Source: a virus. Taken from it: DNA of 64,000 nucleotides. Shown in pieces: positions 46,089 to 54,941 of the stretch (positions within the stretch are counted from its first letter, which is position 1; every line of letters starts with the position of its first letter). A program made the translations under genes and the position numbers. The stretch covers positions 1 through 64,000 of the IMG/VR virus record IMGVR_UViG_3300037583_000003; one strand, given 5' to 3'. The notes beneath the pieces were generated by a model. That model had not been told where the DNA came from. It was given only the letters and a program-made list of their open reading frames with translations, and made no database searches.

Positions 46089-47522
46089 ATGAGCACAACT
46101 TCAGAACAACAAGCACCAATAGATTATCTACTAAAGCATGAAGGTCTAGTAATGGTTAACGCTATAGCTGGATCAGGAAAAACCCACCTACTAGTAGAAG
46201 CATCTAAGCAACTCCCTGTACAGAAAGCGTTATACCTAGCATACACCAAGTCAATAGCTACGGAGGCATCACGAAAGTTCCCCTCAGCTACAGTAGAGTG
46301 TAGAACTACACACTCTCTAGCTTACCAAAGAACTGTGAACCTACTAGGCTTAAAGCTAGGCTACTTCAACTACAAGGCTATCAAAGACCGTATCACATAC
46401 GAAGACAAACTTACAGTGATAAGCCACGTTGAGAAGTTTTGTCTATCAAAACACCTAGACTTCGACAGCTACACAGAAGAGTACCAAATAGACCCAGGGT
46501 TAGCAGACATAGCAGTCAAACACCTTGACTACATGTACTCTGCTAAAATAGATTGTACTCACTACTTCTACCTGAAGGTATTCCACCAACTACTAGCATC
46601 TGGTCACATTGTATACGATGAACTAGACCTATTAATGTTAGACGAAGCTGGTGACCTAAACGAGGTAACTCTAGAGATCTTCCTACTACTACCCGCTAAA
46701 CGTAAGATAGCTGTAGGTGACAAACATCAAAACATCTTTAGCTTCAACCACACAGTTAACGCTTTCAAACTACTAGAAGGTCAAGGAAAGGAGTTTAGCT
46801 TAACCAAATCTTGGAGAGTATCTTCACACATAGCTAACGACATCCAACGATTCTGTAGTACCTACATGGATTCCAACATGGAGTTCTCTGGTATCACCTA
46901 TAGCAACCTTAATTTAATAGAGTCTAAAGGTTACATAACCAGAACTAACTCTGCCCTCATTGGTAAGATGATCGAGCTAAACGCTAGCAACACACCTTAT
47001 GCCCTAGTAAGACCAGCCTCAGCTATATTCAAAACAGCACTAATGGTTTGCTACTTCAAGAAAGGTGGCGAGATCAAGGACAAGGAATACAGTCACCTAC
47101 AAGAAGAACTAAACGATTGGTACAAAACCAACCCAACAGGTTCTTATGGTAAGCTACTGACCTACTTAAAGATACAACACTCCGACGACATAGGGTTAAC
47201 TACTGCATTATCCGTGGTACTAACCCATACCTCCAGTGCTGTAATCGAAGCACACAAAATAGCTAAGTCCCATGAGAAGTCTCACTGCAACTACATCCTA
47301 GCTACCGCTCACTCTGTCAAAGGACTAGAAATGGATGAAGTTTACATAGCAGATGACCTAAACAGCTCAGTAGAAGACCTTCTACCAGAACTCATTGGTA
47401 ACCCAAACTACGTTAAGGATCAAGAGGAGATTGACTCACTTAATCTATACTACGTAGCTTGCTCAAGAGCACGTAAGAACCTAGTTAATGCAATCCACCT
47501 AACAAACTTAAAGGAACTCTAA
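46089..47522 (+). CDS. Superfamily 1 (UvrD/Rep-like) helicase
   Basis: AIAGSGKT, LDEAGD, VGDKHQNIF, LTKSWR, TAHSVKGLE, YYVACSRA. Confidence 0.9.
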   Translation: MSTTSEQQAPIDYLLKHEGLVMVNAIAGSGKTHLLVEASKQLPVQKALYLAYTKSIATEASRKFPSATVECRTTHSLAYQRTVNLLGLKLGYFNYKAIKDRITYEDKLTVISHVEKFCLSKHLDFDSYTEEYQIDPGLADIAVKHLDYMYSAKIDCTHYFYLKVFHQLLASGHIVYDELDLLMLDEAGDLNEVTLEIFLLLPAKRKIAVGDKHQNIFSFNHTVNAFKLLEGQGKEFSLTKSWRVSSHIANDIQRFCSTYMDSNMEFSGITYSNLNLIESKGYITRTNSALIGKMIELNASNTPYALVRPASAIFKTALMVCYFKKGGEIKDKEYSHLQEELNDWYKTNPTGSYGKLLTYLKIQHSDDIGLTTALSVVLTHTSSAVIEAHKIAKSHEKSHCNYILATAHSVKGLEMDEVYIADDLNSSVEDLLPELIGNPNYVKDQEEIDSLNLYYVACSRARKNLVNAIHLTNLKEL

Positions 47523-47749
47523 TGAAAACTTGCAAACGTAAGTACCTAAAACATGAAAAGAGATGGGAGTACAAAGCCACCGACAAGAATGGTTATACTT
47601 TCTACTACACAGAAAAACCAATTACTGTGTATTACAACCTAGGTGTATGGCACTGTGAAAATGGTATCTATTCCCCTATAGGTATTTCTAATAAAGTAGC
47701 TTCAGGTAAAAAAGATTGGGAAAAATCACTCAGAAAAATTAAGGACTAA
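47522..47749 (+). CDS. MKTCKRKY-family mini-protein, copy 1
   Basis: W.YKATD.NG..FYY.EKP...KVASGKKDW.KSLRKIKD. Confidence 0.75.
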   Translation: MKTCKRKYLKHEKRWEYKATDKNGYTFYYTEKPITVYYNLGVWHCENGIYSPIGISNKVASGKKDWEKSLRKIKD

Positions 47750-47751
47750 CT

Positions 47752-48414
47752 ATGGATCAACTAGTCAAAGTCAGCTACGAGAGTACTTCAGACCTAACTG
47801 TAGCTCGTAGGTGGTTAAAGGAACTAAACTCCTTCTCTACCATAGCTTGTGACTTAGAAACCTCTACAAGGTACTCAGACGAGGACAGAGTTGAGCTACT
47901 AGCTACATCGCTAGACGAGTCCCTACCCAAGCAAGTTAGACGTGCAGCTAAAGCTAAACTGCACTCTTCAGCACTAAGCCATCCAATGCACACAGTACTA
48001 ACTCACTTCCAAGTAGCATGGAACGAAGAAGAAGCAAAAGTATTCATACTCGACAGTGTAGAAATCACAGAACTAATCCTAAACTTCATAGTCACAACTA
48101 AAGTAAAACAGATATGGCATAACTACTCTTTTGATGGTAAGCATATCTATTTCTATACACTAAGACACCCTATAGACTTCGAGGATAGCCAGATACTAGC
48201 TAAAACACTAGCTAACCACGTAGACATACAACATGCTACAACAGGGCTAAAGGAACTAGCTGGTTGTGCTTATGGAGCTTGGAGTGTGTCTGATGAGTTA
48301 TTCCACTTCGATAACCTAAATGACCCTAAGCTACTACTCTACGCTGCAACAGACCCATGTGCAACTATGTGGATATGGAATGTAATGCAACACAACTTAA
48401 AGGAATCACAATGA
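47752..48414 (+). CDS. Stand-alone 3'-5' exonuclease domain of the family A DNA polymerase
   Basis: ExoI CDLET, ExoII HNYSFD, DSQI...LKELA, ExoIII YAATD. Confidence 0.85.
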   Translation: MDQLVKVSYESTSDLTVARRWLKELNSFSTIACDLETSTRYSDEDRVELLATSLDESLPKQVRRAAKAKLHSSALSHPMHTVLTHFQVAWNEEEAKVFILDSVEITELILNFIVTTKVKQIWHNYSFDGKHIYFYTLRHPIDFEDSQILAKTLANHVDIQHATTGLKELAGCAYGAWSVSDELFHFDNLNDPKLLLYAATDPCATMWIWNVMQHNLKESQ

Positions 48415-48662
48415 AAACTTGCAAACGTAAATACCACAAACATGAGTTAGTGTGGAATTACAAGTCTACTGATAAGGATGGTAGCGTTTTCTACTTTAAA
48501 GAAAAACCACATATAGCCACTTGCGCTTCAAGATTTTGGAGTAGTGAGTTTTCTTCCCACTTTCCTTCAGGTTTCATTGACTCCATCCGTGTAGGTTTAT
48601 CCTACAAGGTAGTGTCAGGTAAGAAAGATTGGAAGAAATCATTAAGAAAAATTAAGGACTAG
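48411..48662 (+). CDS. MKTCKRKY-family mini-protein, copy 2
   Basis: ATGA overlap with the exonuclease stop; same motifs. Confidence 0.75.
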   Translation: MKTCKRKYHKHELVWNYKSTDKDGSVFYFKEKPHIATCASRFWSSEFSSHFPSGFIDSIRVGLSYKVVSGKKDWKKSLRKIKD

Positions 48663-48664
48663 TT

Positions 48665-48892
48665 ATGAAAACTTGCAAACGCAAATATTTAAAACAAGAG
48701 ACTATCTGGAACTACAAAGCTACTGATCCCAACGGTTACATTTTCTACTACGTGAGAGAACCAGTCATTACTGATTACGATCCGGATATATGGGATTGTG
48801 GGTTTGGTAGCTATTCCTCTGCAGGCTTGTCCAAGAAAGTAGCTTCAGGTAAGAAAGACTGGACTGAATCACTCAGGAGAATTGTAGACTAA
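48665..48892 (+). CDS. MKTCKRKY-family mini-protein, copy 3
   Basis: Same motifs. Confidence 0.75.
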   Translation: MKTCKRKYLKQETIWNYKATDPNGYIFYYVREPVITDYDPDIWDCGFGSYSSAGLSKKVASGKKDWTESLRRIVD

Positions 48893-48894
48893 CT

Positions 48895-49952
48895 ATGAAA
48901 CCTAAATACCTTAACCCTACAACATCAGACCCTCATTCACCTTGGGACTTACTACCTGCTCCTAACCCAAAGGACTCAACCTATCCAGATGACTTCTTCT
49001 ACAAACAAGTAGCTAAGCACCTACTTAAGGACACTGTACGTATGATGGACAATGGTCTACATATAGACATGGACAAGGTTGAGGCACTAGAGGAAACCTT
49101 AATCGAGGTACTAGCTTCAGTATCTACTAGATTAGAAGATAACAAGACCATTCGTAATTTCCTTGTACTTCGTCATGCAGATCTAAAACTAGACTACGTA
49201 GCTGACAGAAAAACTAAACTAAGAGAACCTAGCTACTACACTAAAGAGTTTAAACACAAGGATATGGTACACCGTAGCTACTTTATGAGAGAGTTCCTAT
49301 TAAGAACTAGTATAGACCCTCCAGAAGAACTACTACCTACTGGTATACCTAAGTGGTCAGCTAACGAGGTAAAGAAACTCCAAGGAAAATACCCAATACT
49401 ACAGAAGCTACTACTTGGAACATTACCCCTAACAAACGTTGACGTTATAACAGCTATGTCCAGGTTAGACAAAGATAAGTCTGACATGTACAACGTAAAG
49501 TACCTAGAGCAGATCAAACAGTTACCTGTAGAATTCCCTAAGTTCAATCCAGGTAGCACACTTCAACTACAAAAACTATTTAACTACCTAGGCATTGAGT
49601 CAGAGTCATTCTCCAAGAAGACTGGTTTAGCTAGTTGGGACAGAAAGCAAGTTGAGCGAGTTAACAAACTAACCAACAAACCAGATGTAACTAACTTCAC
49701 TCAAGCCTTCATAGATCACTCATATGCAGCCATAGTTAAGAATAACTTCATAGAGGGATTCTACAACTACAGCATAGACGGTAGATTGTACGGGACTGTA
49801 AAACTCCTAGGAGCTAAGTCAGGTAGACCTACATCAGCTAACCCTAACATGTTGAATTTCCCTTCATCAGGATCTATATTCTCCAAACCTATAAAGGAGT
49901 GTTTCACAGCACCACATGGTTTTGTTATAGGAGCTATAGATTACGCCGCCCT
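48895..49952 (+). CDS. polA: Family A DNA polymerase, exon 1
   Basis: FNPGSTLQL, GAKSGRPTSANPNMLNFP, IKECF, IDYAAL (motif A interrupted). Confidence 0.9.
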
Positions 49953-50442
49953 TAATATATCGGGGGTCTTACCTAGTAACAGGTGAGTAATAATGGAATT
50001 TAATTGCTGGAACGCTAAGGGGAAACCTAAGCCAATCAGCAGCGAAAGATAGTTAATTTAATAGTCCCGTAATCGTACTTAGACTATACTTTAATCAATA
50101 AAGGAGACTGTATGAAAATGTACAATTACGCTTACATAGAATGTAAGGATTACATGAAAATAGTTATCACAAAGTTAGACGACGACTCTTTCTACAAAGA
50201 GGGTTACTGTGATAACGACGTAAAACCACAAGTAAAAGCTACTGGTGTAAGATACGCAAATACTGGGTACTTATACCTGGCACGAAAAATTAACTGGACG
50301 CGTTCAGAGACTATCTACGCACGTAGAGTAGGCTTCAAGTGAAGTCGAAACAGTTCCTACCCTATCCTACACGGAGGGTAAAGATATAGTCCGATACCAC
50401 AATAAATTGTGGAGTAGTCTAACGAACTACATAACATATAAG
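49953..50442 (+). mobile_element. Group I intron 1 in the DNA polymerase gene
   Basis: 5' exon ends in U and pairs with the GGGGGT guide; AATTGCTGGAA, AATCAGCAG, GTTCAGAGACTA, AAGATATAGTCC core elements; terminal G. Splicing restores DYAAL-EDR. Confidence 0.9.
50112..50342 (+). pseudogene. Intron-encoded ORF, probable truncated homing endonuclease remnant
   Basis: Strong AAGGAG SD, 76 aa, no HNH or GIY-YIG motif, runs into the intron core. Confidence 0.45.
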
Positions 50443-50699
50443 CGAAGATCGTGTAATAGCTAACCTATCTGGTGACAAAAACAAACTTGGTATATTCACT
50501 CAAGGGCTAGATGGTCATTCACTAGCTGCCTGTTACTATGTACCAGACAGAGTAGCCGTTATTCTAGGTATTACAACCAAAGAACTACTAGATGACATAA
50601 CTAAGGCATCTAGATTACTAAAGAAGCTTGTAGACGACAAAGTACCTGCTGCTGTAAAAATCAGAGGGTTCTTTAAAGCAACAAGCTTCGCATTAGCGT
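50443..50699 (+). CDS. polA: Family A DNA polymerase, exon 2
   Basis: EDRVIANLSGD...DGHSLAA...IRGFFKATSFALA (motif B). Confidence 0.9.
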
Positions 50700-51752
50700 A
50701 GACGTACATGCGCCTTTATGGAGTAATCCATATCGAACAACTATATAAATGCTGGGACTTCCAGTTAAACTAACCTATAACCTATTACAGGCCATGAACA
50801 AGCGGTTAGTTATGGAAAATCAGCAGGTTAAACTTTTATATTTATCTAAGTAAGCAACCTGGTACACTATAACAAACAAAGGAATCTTATATGATAAAGG
50901 TAATAGAAAATTTCCCGAACTACACAATAAGCACAGAGGGTAGTGTAACAATGACAGTATCAAACGTAACTAAGAAGCTCTGGGTTGGTGCTAATGGCTA
51001 CTTGCACGTAGACCTAAGTTCTAATGGTTTTACTAAGAAAGTTTCACTCCATAGACTACTAGCAAAACACTTCTTACCAAATTCTGGTAACAAACGTACT
51101 GTAAACCACATAGATGGTAATAAGTTAAATAACAGCTTGTGTAACTTAGAGTGGTCTACTGACTCAGAAAACCTAAAGCACGCTTACGACACAGGTTTAA
51201 GATCTTGTCAGGCTACTTACACGAATTGCCAACTAGAGGACATACTCACTAACATGTACCTTAAAGGTATAACCTTAGTAGACATTTCTTTCTACGTTGG
51301 TCTAAAGTGTTCAGCACTTAGTGTGTCACTTCGTAAAGCAGCTGCAAGACTTGGTCTAACAGAGGAATACAAAAGTTCCTCTGCCGACAATATAAAGGCT
51401 AGGCATAAACTTGTAGGCGTACTCAACACCAAAACCATCAGGTTACAGATGATAAATGAGCCTACTGGTGACGTGGTAAGAACGTTTAGATCTCTTAAAG
51501 AGGCTAAAGATTTTCTTGGTGTTAGCTCATCAGGTCCTATAAGTAATGTACTTTCAGGTAGGCAGAAAAGAGCTTACAAGTATTTGTGGAAAAAGGTTTA
51601 ACCCCAACGACTATCCCGTAAGGGAGTACACTCAAGTGAGTGGAAACGTATAGTACCCTGAAAAGGGTAATGATATAGTCTACTCTGTTTAGAGATAAGC
51701 AGAAGTTCATAAGCGAACTGGTACTACTTAACGACTAGTATTGAATACAACG
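50700..51752 (+). mobile_element. Group I intron 2 in the DNA polymerase gene
   Basis: GCGT|...TGCGC P1; AAATGCTGGGA, AATCAGCAGG, CAACGACTA, ATGATATAGTCT; terminal G. Splicing restores T|AT GGC = YG of motif B. Confidence 0.9.
50891..51601 (+). CDS. Intron-encoded NUMOD4-HNH homing endonuclease (I-HmuI-like) with C-terminal NUMOD1/IENR1
   Basis: Y.IS..G.V, GYL.V.L, HRLLA.HF, VNHIDGNKLNN...NLEW....EN..HA; F.SLKEA..FLG...AYKYLW. Confidence 0.92.
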   Translation: MIKVIENFPNYTISTEGSVTMTVSNVTKKLWVGANGYLHVDLSSNGFTKKVSLHRLLAKHFLPNSGNKRTVNHIDGNKLNNSLCNLEWSTDSENLKHAYDTGLRSCQATYTNCQLEDILTNMYLKGITLVDISFYVGLKCSALSVSLRKAAARLGLTEEYKSSSADNIKARHKLVGVLNTKTIRLQMINEPTGDVVRTFRSLKEAKDFLGVSSSGPISNVLSGRQKRAYKYLWKKV

Positions 51753-52300
51753 ATGGCTCATTCCCACCAAACATAGCAGCTACAGCAGGTATACCACTTG
51801 CGGATGCAGAGAGAATTTTCAATGCTTACCACAACGACATGTATCCTGGCATTACTCGCTACAGGGAAGAGTATGTGCTACCAACTGCCATAGAACACGG
51901 CAAACTTCATCTAGCACTAGGATTCTCTATATGGACTGACAACCCCTCTAAAGACATCCGAACACTAGCTAACGCAACCTGTCAGGTATGGTCAATACTT
52001 ACACAGATTGCAATCAACAAAATACACCAACTAATCGACCAAGCTGGTTACCAAGATGACATCAAAGTAACCTCTACCATCTACGACTCTATCTACTTTG
52101 AGATAAGAGATGACCCTAAGATCATACAATGGCTTAACAACCGTATAGTACCAATCTTAGAGAAAGACTTTATGGAAGACCAGGTAGTACCTAACAGTGC
52201 TGACCTAGAGCTAGGTTCTGATTGGGCTACTCTCCACACGTTAACGCACAACGCTAGCATTAGAGAGATTACAGGTGTACTTAATAAACTAGAAAGGTAA
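51753..52300 (+). CDS. polA: Family A DNA polymerase, exon 3
   Basis: YGSFP, YH..MYPGI, RTLANATCQ, TIYDSIYF (motif C), ELG.DW. Confidence 0.9.
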
Positions 52301-52304
52301 AACT

Positions 52305-52544
52305 ATGGCAAGACTTACAACTAAGCAACTAGCAGATGCACTAGTAAACAATGGCTCATTTCCAACCAGAGCAGCAGCTCGTTACGCATTAGACGAAGTA
52401 AATCAAGCAATCATCGAAACTTTAGAGAATGGCTCTGCTGTATCTATTGTAGGCTTCGGTAGATTTGAACCATTCACTCTACACAGTGGAAAAATCAAAG
52501 CTAAGTTTACTGCTTTTAAAGCATTCAAAGACGCTATCAACTAA
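52305..52544 (+). CDS. HU/IHF-like DNA-binding protein with shortened arms
   Basis: I.ETL.NG..VSIVGFGRF...KF.A.KAFKDAIN. Confidence 0.8.
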   Translation: MARLTTKQLADALVNNGSFPTRAAARYALDEVNQAIIETLENGSAVSIVGFGRFEPFTLHSGKIKAKFTAFKAFKDAIN

Positions 52545-52553
52545 GGGTTACCT

Positions 52554-52925
52554 ATGGAAGAACCACAACCACTCCCACAAGATTCAGTAAAAGAAACTCT
52601 AGATCAACGTGGGAAAAGGTATGGGTCATTCGAGAAGCAAGCTGAGTTATCTCAAGCACTATCTCAGACAATGATCCGTCACTATTTCAATAACCACCAA
52701 CAACCAACTACGCCCTTACCACCCTTCATAGTCGAAGCAATCAACAACATCTGCCACAAGCTAGCTCGTATAGCTAATGGTGACCCACTCTACGTAGATT
52801 CATGGAGAGATATTGCAGGTTACTCATCGTTAGTAGCTGAGATCTTAAAGACTACAGAGGGTGCTACAGACGCTAAGGTTACCAACACTAAGTTCACAGA
52901 CGGTAAGTGGACTGATACTACCTAA
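52554..52925 (+). CDS. DUF6378-like phage protein
   Basis: L.QRG.RYG.F...KLARI.NG...DSWRDIAGY. Confidence 0.75.
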   Translation: MEEPQPLPQDSVKETLDQRGKRYGSFEKQAELSQALSQTMIRHYFNNHQQPTTPLPPFIVEAINNICHKLARIANGDPLYVDSWRDIAGYSSLVAEILKTTEGATDAKVTNTKFTDGKWTDTT

Positions 52926-52941
52926 ATACAAGGACTACCTA

Positions 52942-53544
52942 ATGTCAGATCTACAATTTGAGTTACCAAAAGAACCAACACGGGTATGGGACTTGTATGT
53001 ACCTGTAGTTGTGAGAGGTAAGTTCACTACTGGACTTAACTACTGTCCTGATAGGAAGTACGTGAACATCTACATTACAGATACCATCGTAGAACCCCAC
53101 CTGTACAATGAACTCCAGTACACTCTATCTCAGTGTAACGAAGGTGATGATGTAAAAATGCACATAAACACCCCTGGTGGTGACCTAGATACTACAATAG
53201 CCGTTATGGACTCTATGAAAAAGTGTAAGGCTAACATAACTGGTTACATCACTGGTACAGTTGGTTCAGCTGGAACTATGATAGCTATGTGTTGTACCTC
53301 AATAGAAGTATCAGATCACTCTAGTTTTATGGTACACACCTATAGCACGATTATCCAAGGTAAGGGTAATGAGGTCAAAGCACAACAAGACTTCTCTGAC
53401 GTAGCAACTGATCGCCTAATAAGAGATGTATACAAGGACTTTATGACACCAGAAGAACTAACCCTCTTAATCGAAGGTAAGGATTACTGGTTCAATAAAG
53501 AACAACTACTTACTAGGTGGGAGAATAAAACTAATGTCAACTAA
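52942..53544 (+). CDS. ClpP-family protease
   Basis: INTPGG, GSAGTMI (Ser), FMVH (His), DYWF; the ATG at 52942 follows AAGGA. Confidence 0.85.
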   Translation: MSDLQFELPKEPTRVWDLYVPVVVRGKFTTGLNYCPDRKYVNIYITDTIVEPHLYNELQYTLSQCNEGDDVKMHINTPGGDLDTTIAVMDSMKKCKANITGYITGTVGSAGTMIAMCCTSIEVSDHSSFMVHTYSTIIQGKGNEVKAQQDFSDVATDRLIRDVYKDFMTPEELTLLIEGKDYWFNKEQLLTRWENKTNVN

Positions 53545-53932
53545 CATAGACAAGTTTATATGCCAACACCAGCTAGATACAGACCAACTAAAGGCAATAG
53601 CTCTAGGCAGGTACTTAGAACTAGAACCTGAAGTGTTATTACTAAGTGAAGAGTTTACTACAAACGGTAACGAGTTCCACTATGGTACTCAAACCTATCT
53701 CGTACTACTTGAACATGAGCTGTTTGAAGTACTAGAGAAAAGGCTAGATAGTTGCATTGATGATATTATGTTACACGACATACCTAAAGGGTTACACGAC
53801 TACTTTGATGAAGAGAAGTGGAAGTCAACCGCTAAACTAAAAGGAGCTGGTCATTTTATAGCCAACTACGATGGTGAGGAACATAAGTACTACTCTGGCT
53901 ATCAAGAGTTTCTAATATACAGAATTAACTAA
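53534..53932 (+). CDS. Hypothetical protein
   Basis: YLVL...YFD...G.GH..A.YDGEE...IYR.N, a common phage family pattern. Confidence 0.65.
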   Translation: MSTNIDKFICQHQLDTDQLKAIALGRYLELEPEVLLLSEEFTTNGNEFHYGTQTYLVLLEHELFEVLEKRLDSCIDDIMLHDIPKGLHDYFDEEKWKSTAKLKGAGHFIANYDGEEHKYYSGYQEFLIYRIN

Positions 53933-53949
53933 CAATAAAGGATTTACAA

Positions 53950-54174
53950 ATGGAAAATAATAAAGAACTACCAGAAATGGATGACCTATTCGGAGCACTT
54001 AAAGGAATGATGGGTAAATCAGAAGAAACAGCAAGTTCAAAGGAACGTGGAGAACTTATCGACTCTATTACACACAAAGTCTTAACATCACTAGAAGACT
54101 TACCTGTATCAGATCTAGCCTCTCACTACGTGCTAGTTAAGGTACTCGCACAACTCAACAAAGGAGTCCGTTAG
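53950..54174 (+). CDS. Hypothetical protein
   Basis: ORF track, SD present. Confidence 0.6.
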   Translation: MENNKELPEMDDLFGALKGMMGKSEETASSKERGELIDSITHKVLTSLEDLPVSDLASHYVLVKVLAQLNKGVR

Positions 54175-54617
54175 TGCAAAACCCAATCAAACAGATTCAC
54201 AAGTTCAATCTTGATGCTGGACTCATCACTAAAGGTTACGATGACTTCTTAGAATCTAGCTTCCAAATTGAGGAAGCATTAGAGGATTTTAACCTAGCTG
54301 AACTAGCTCACGCAGTTGGTTCAGAGTCTACATCAGCTAAGGACGTATCAAGAGCTATCTTAGACCTAGCTCCTGGTGAGTTAACTGATGTACAGCGTCT
54401 AGACAAGGCTTGTGATGCATTAATCTTCTCAGTAGGCTCTATGGCAAAGTTAGGACTAAACCCTAACCAAATCACTAAAGCTGTTAACCTAGTTATGCAG
54501 GCTAATAACCAAAAACTAGTAAACAAAAAATTTGACTCTCTAGGTAAACTAATCAAAGATCCGTCTTTCATTGGTCCTGAAGCCAAACTACAACTAATCT
54601 TAGACGAGAGAACTTGA
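54174..54617 (+). CDS. MazG-like / PRA-PH NTP pyrophosphohydrolase
   Basis: F..EEALE, LD..CD..IF..G, V..AN..K, D..GK..K...F..PE. Confidence 0.8.
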   Translation: MQNPIKQIHKFNLDAGLITKGYDDFLESSFQIEEALEDFNLAELAHAVGSESTSAKDVSRAILDLAPGELTDVQRLDKACDALIFSVGSMAKLGLNPNQITKAVNLVMQANNQKLVNKKFDSLGKLIKDPSFIGPEAKLQLILDERT

Positions 54618-54618
54618 C

Positions 54619-54864
54619 ATGGATCTAATCCCATTCATCATAGTGGGGTTGGCTGTTGCATTCAACTTCTGGATAATCAAGGTTAAGTTTGAGCGTAAGA
54701 GATACTTAGATGCACTACTAGATCTATTTGTCCTTACCTTTATATCATTTCTATTTGCAGGATCATTTGGTGGTCTAATAGTAGCTACTGTAGCATCAGC
54801 TATCATAAGTGTACTACTCTACATTTTCCCACCAAAACTACCTAAACTTAGTGACTACATCTAG
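54619..54864 (+). CDS. Small three-TM membrane protein
   Basis: Hydrophobic helices, D......LF.GSFGG motif. Confidence 0.65.
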   Translation: MDLIPFIIVGLAVAFNFWIIKVKFERKRYLDALLDLFVLTFISFLFAGSFGGLIVATVASAIISVLLYIFPPKLPKLSDYI

Positions 54865-54941
54865 GTAATCTTACCCTTGATAATACAATTACAAACCTAT
54901 ACAGTAGTTGACCCTAAAAAACTTAACTACTAGAGGAACAC

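Noticed and set aside
49953-49986. Polymerase C-terminus NISGVLPSNR and a separate 153-aa gene at 51839
   Set aside because: Both are artefacts of intron interruption; splicing gives one continuous protein.
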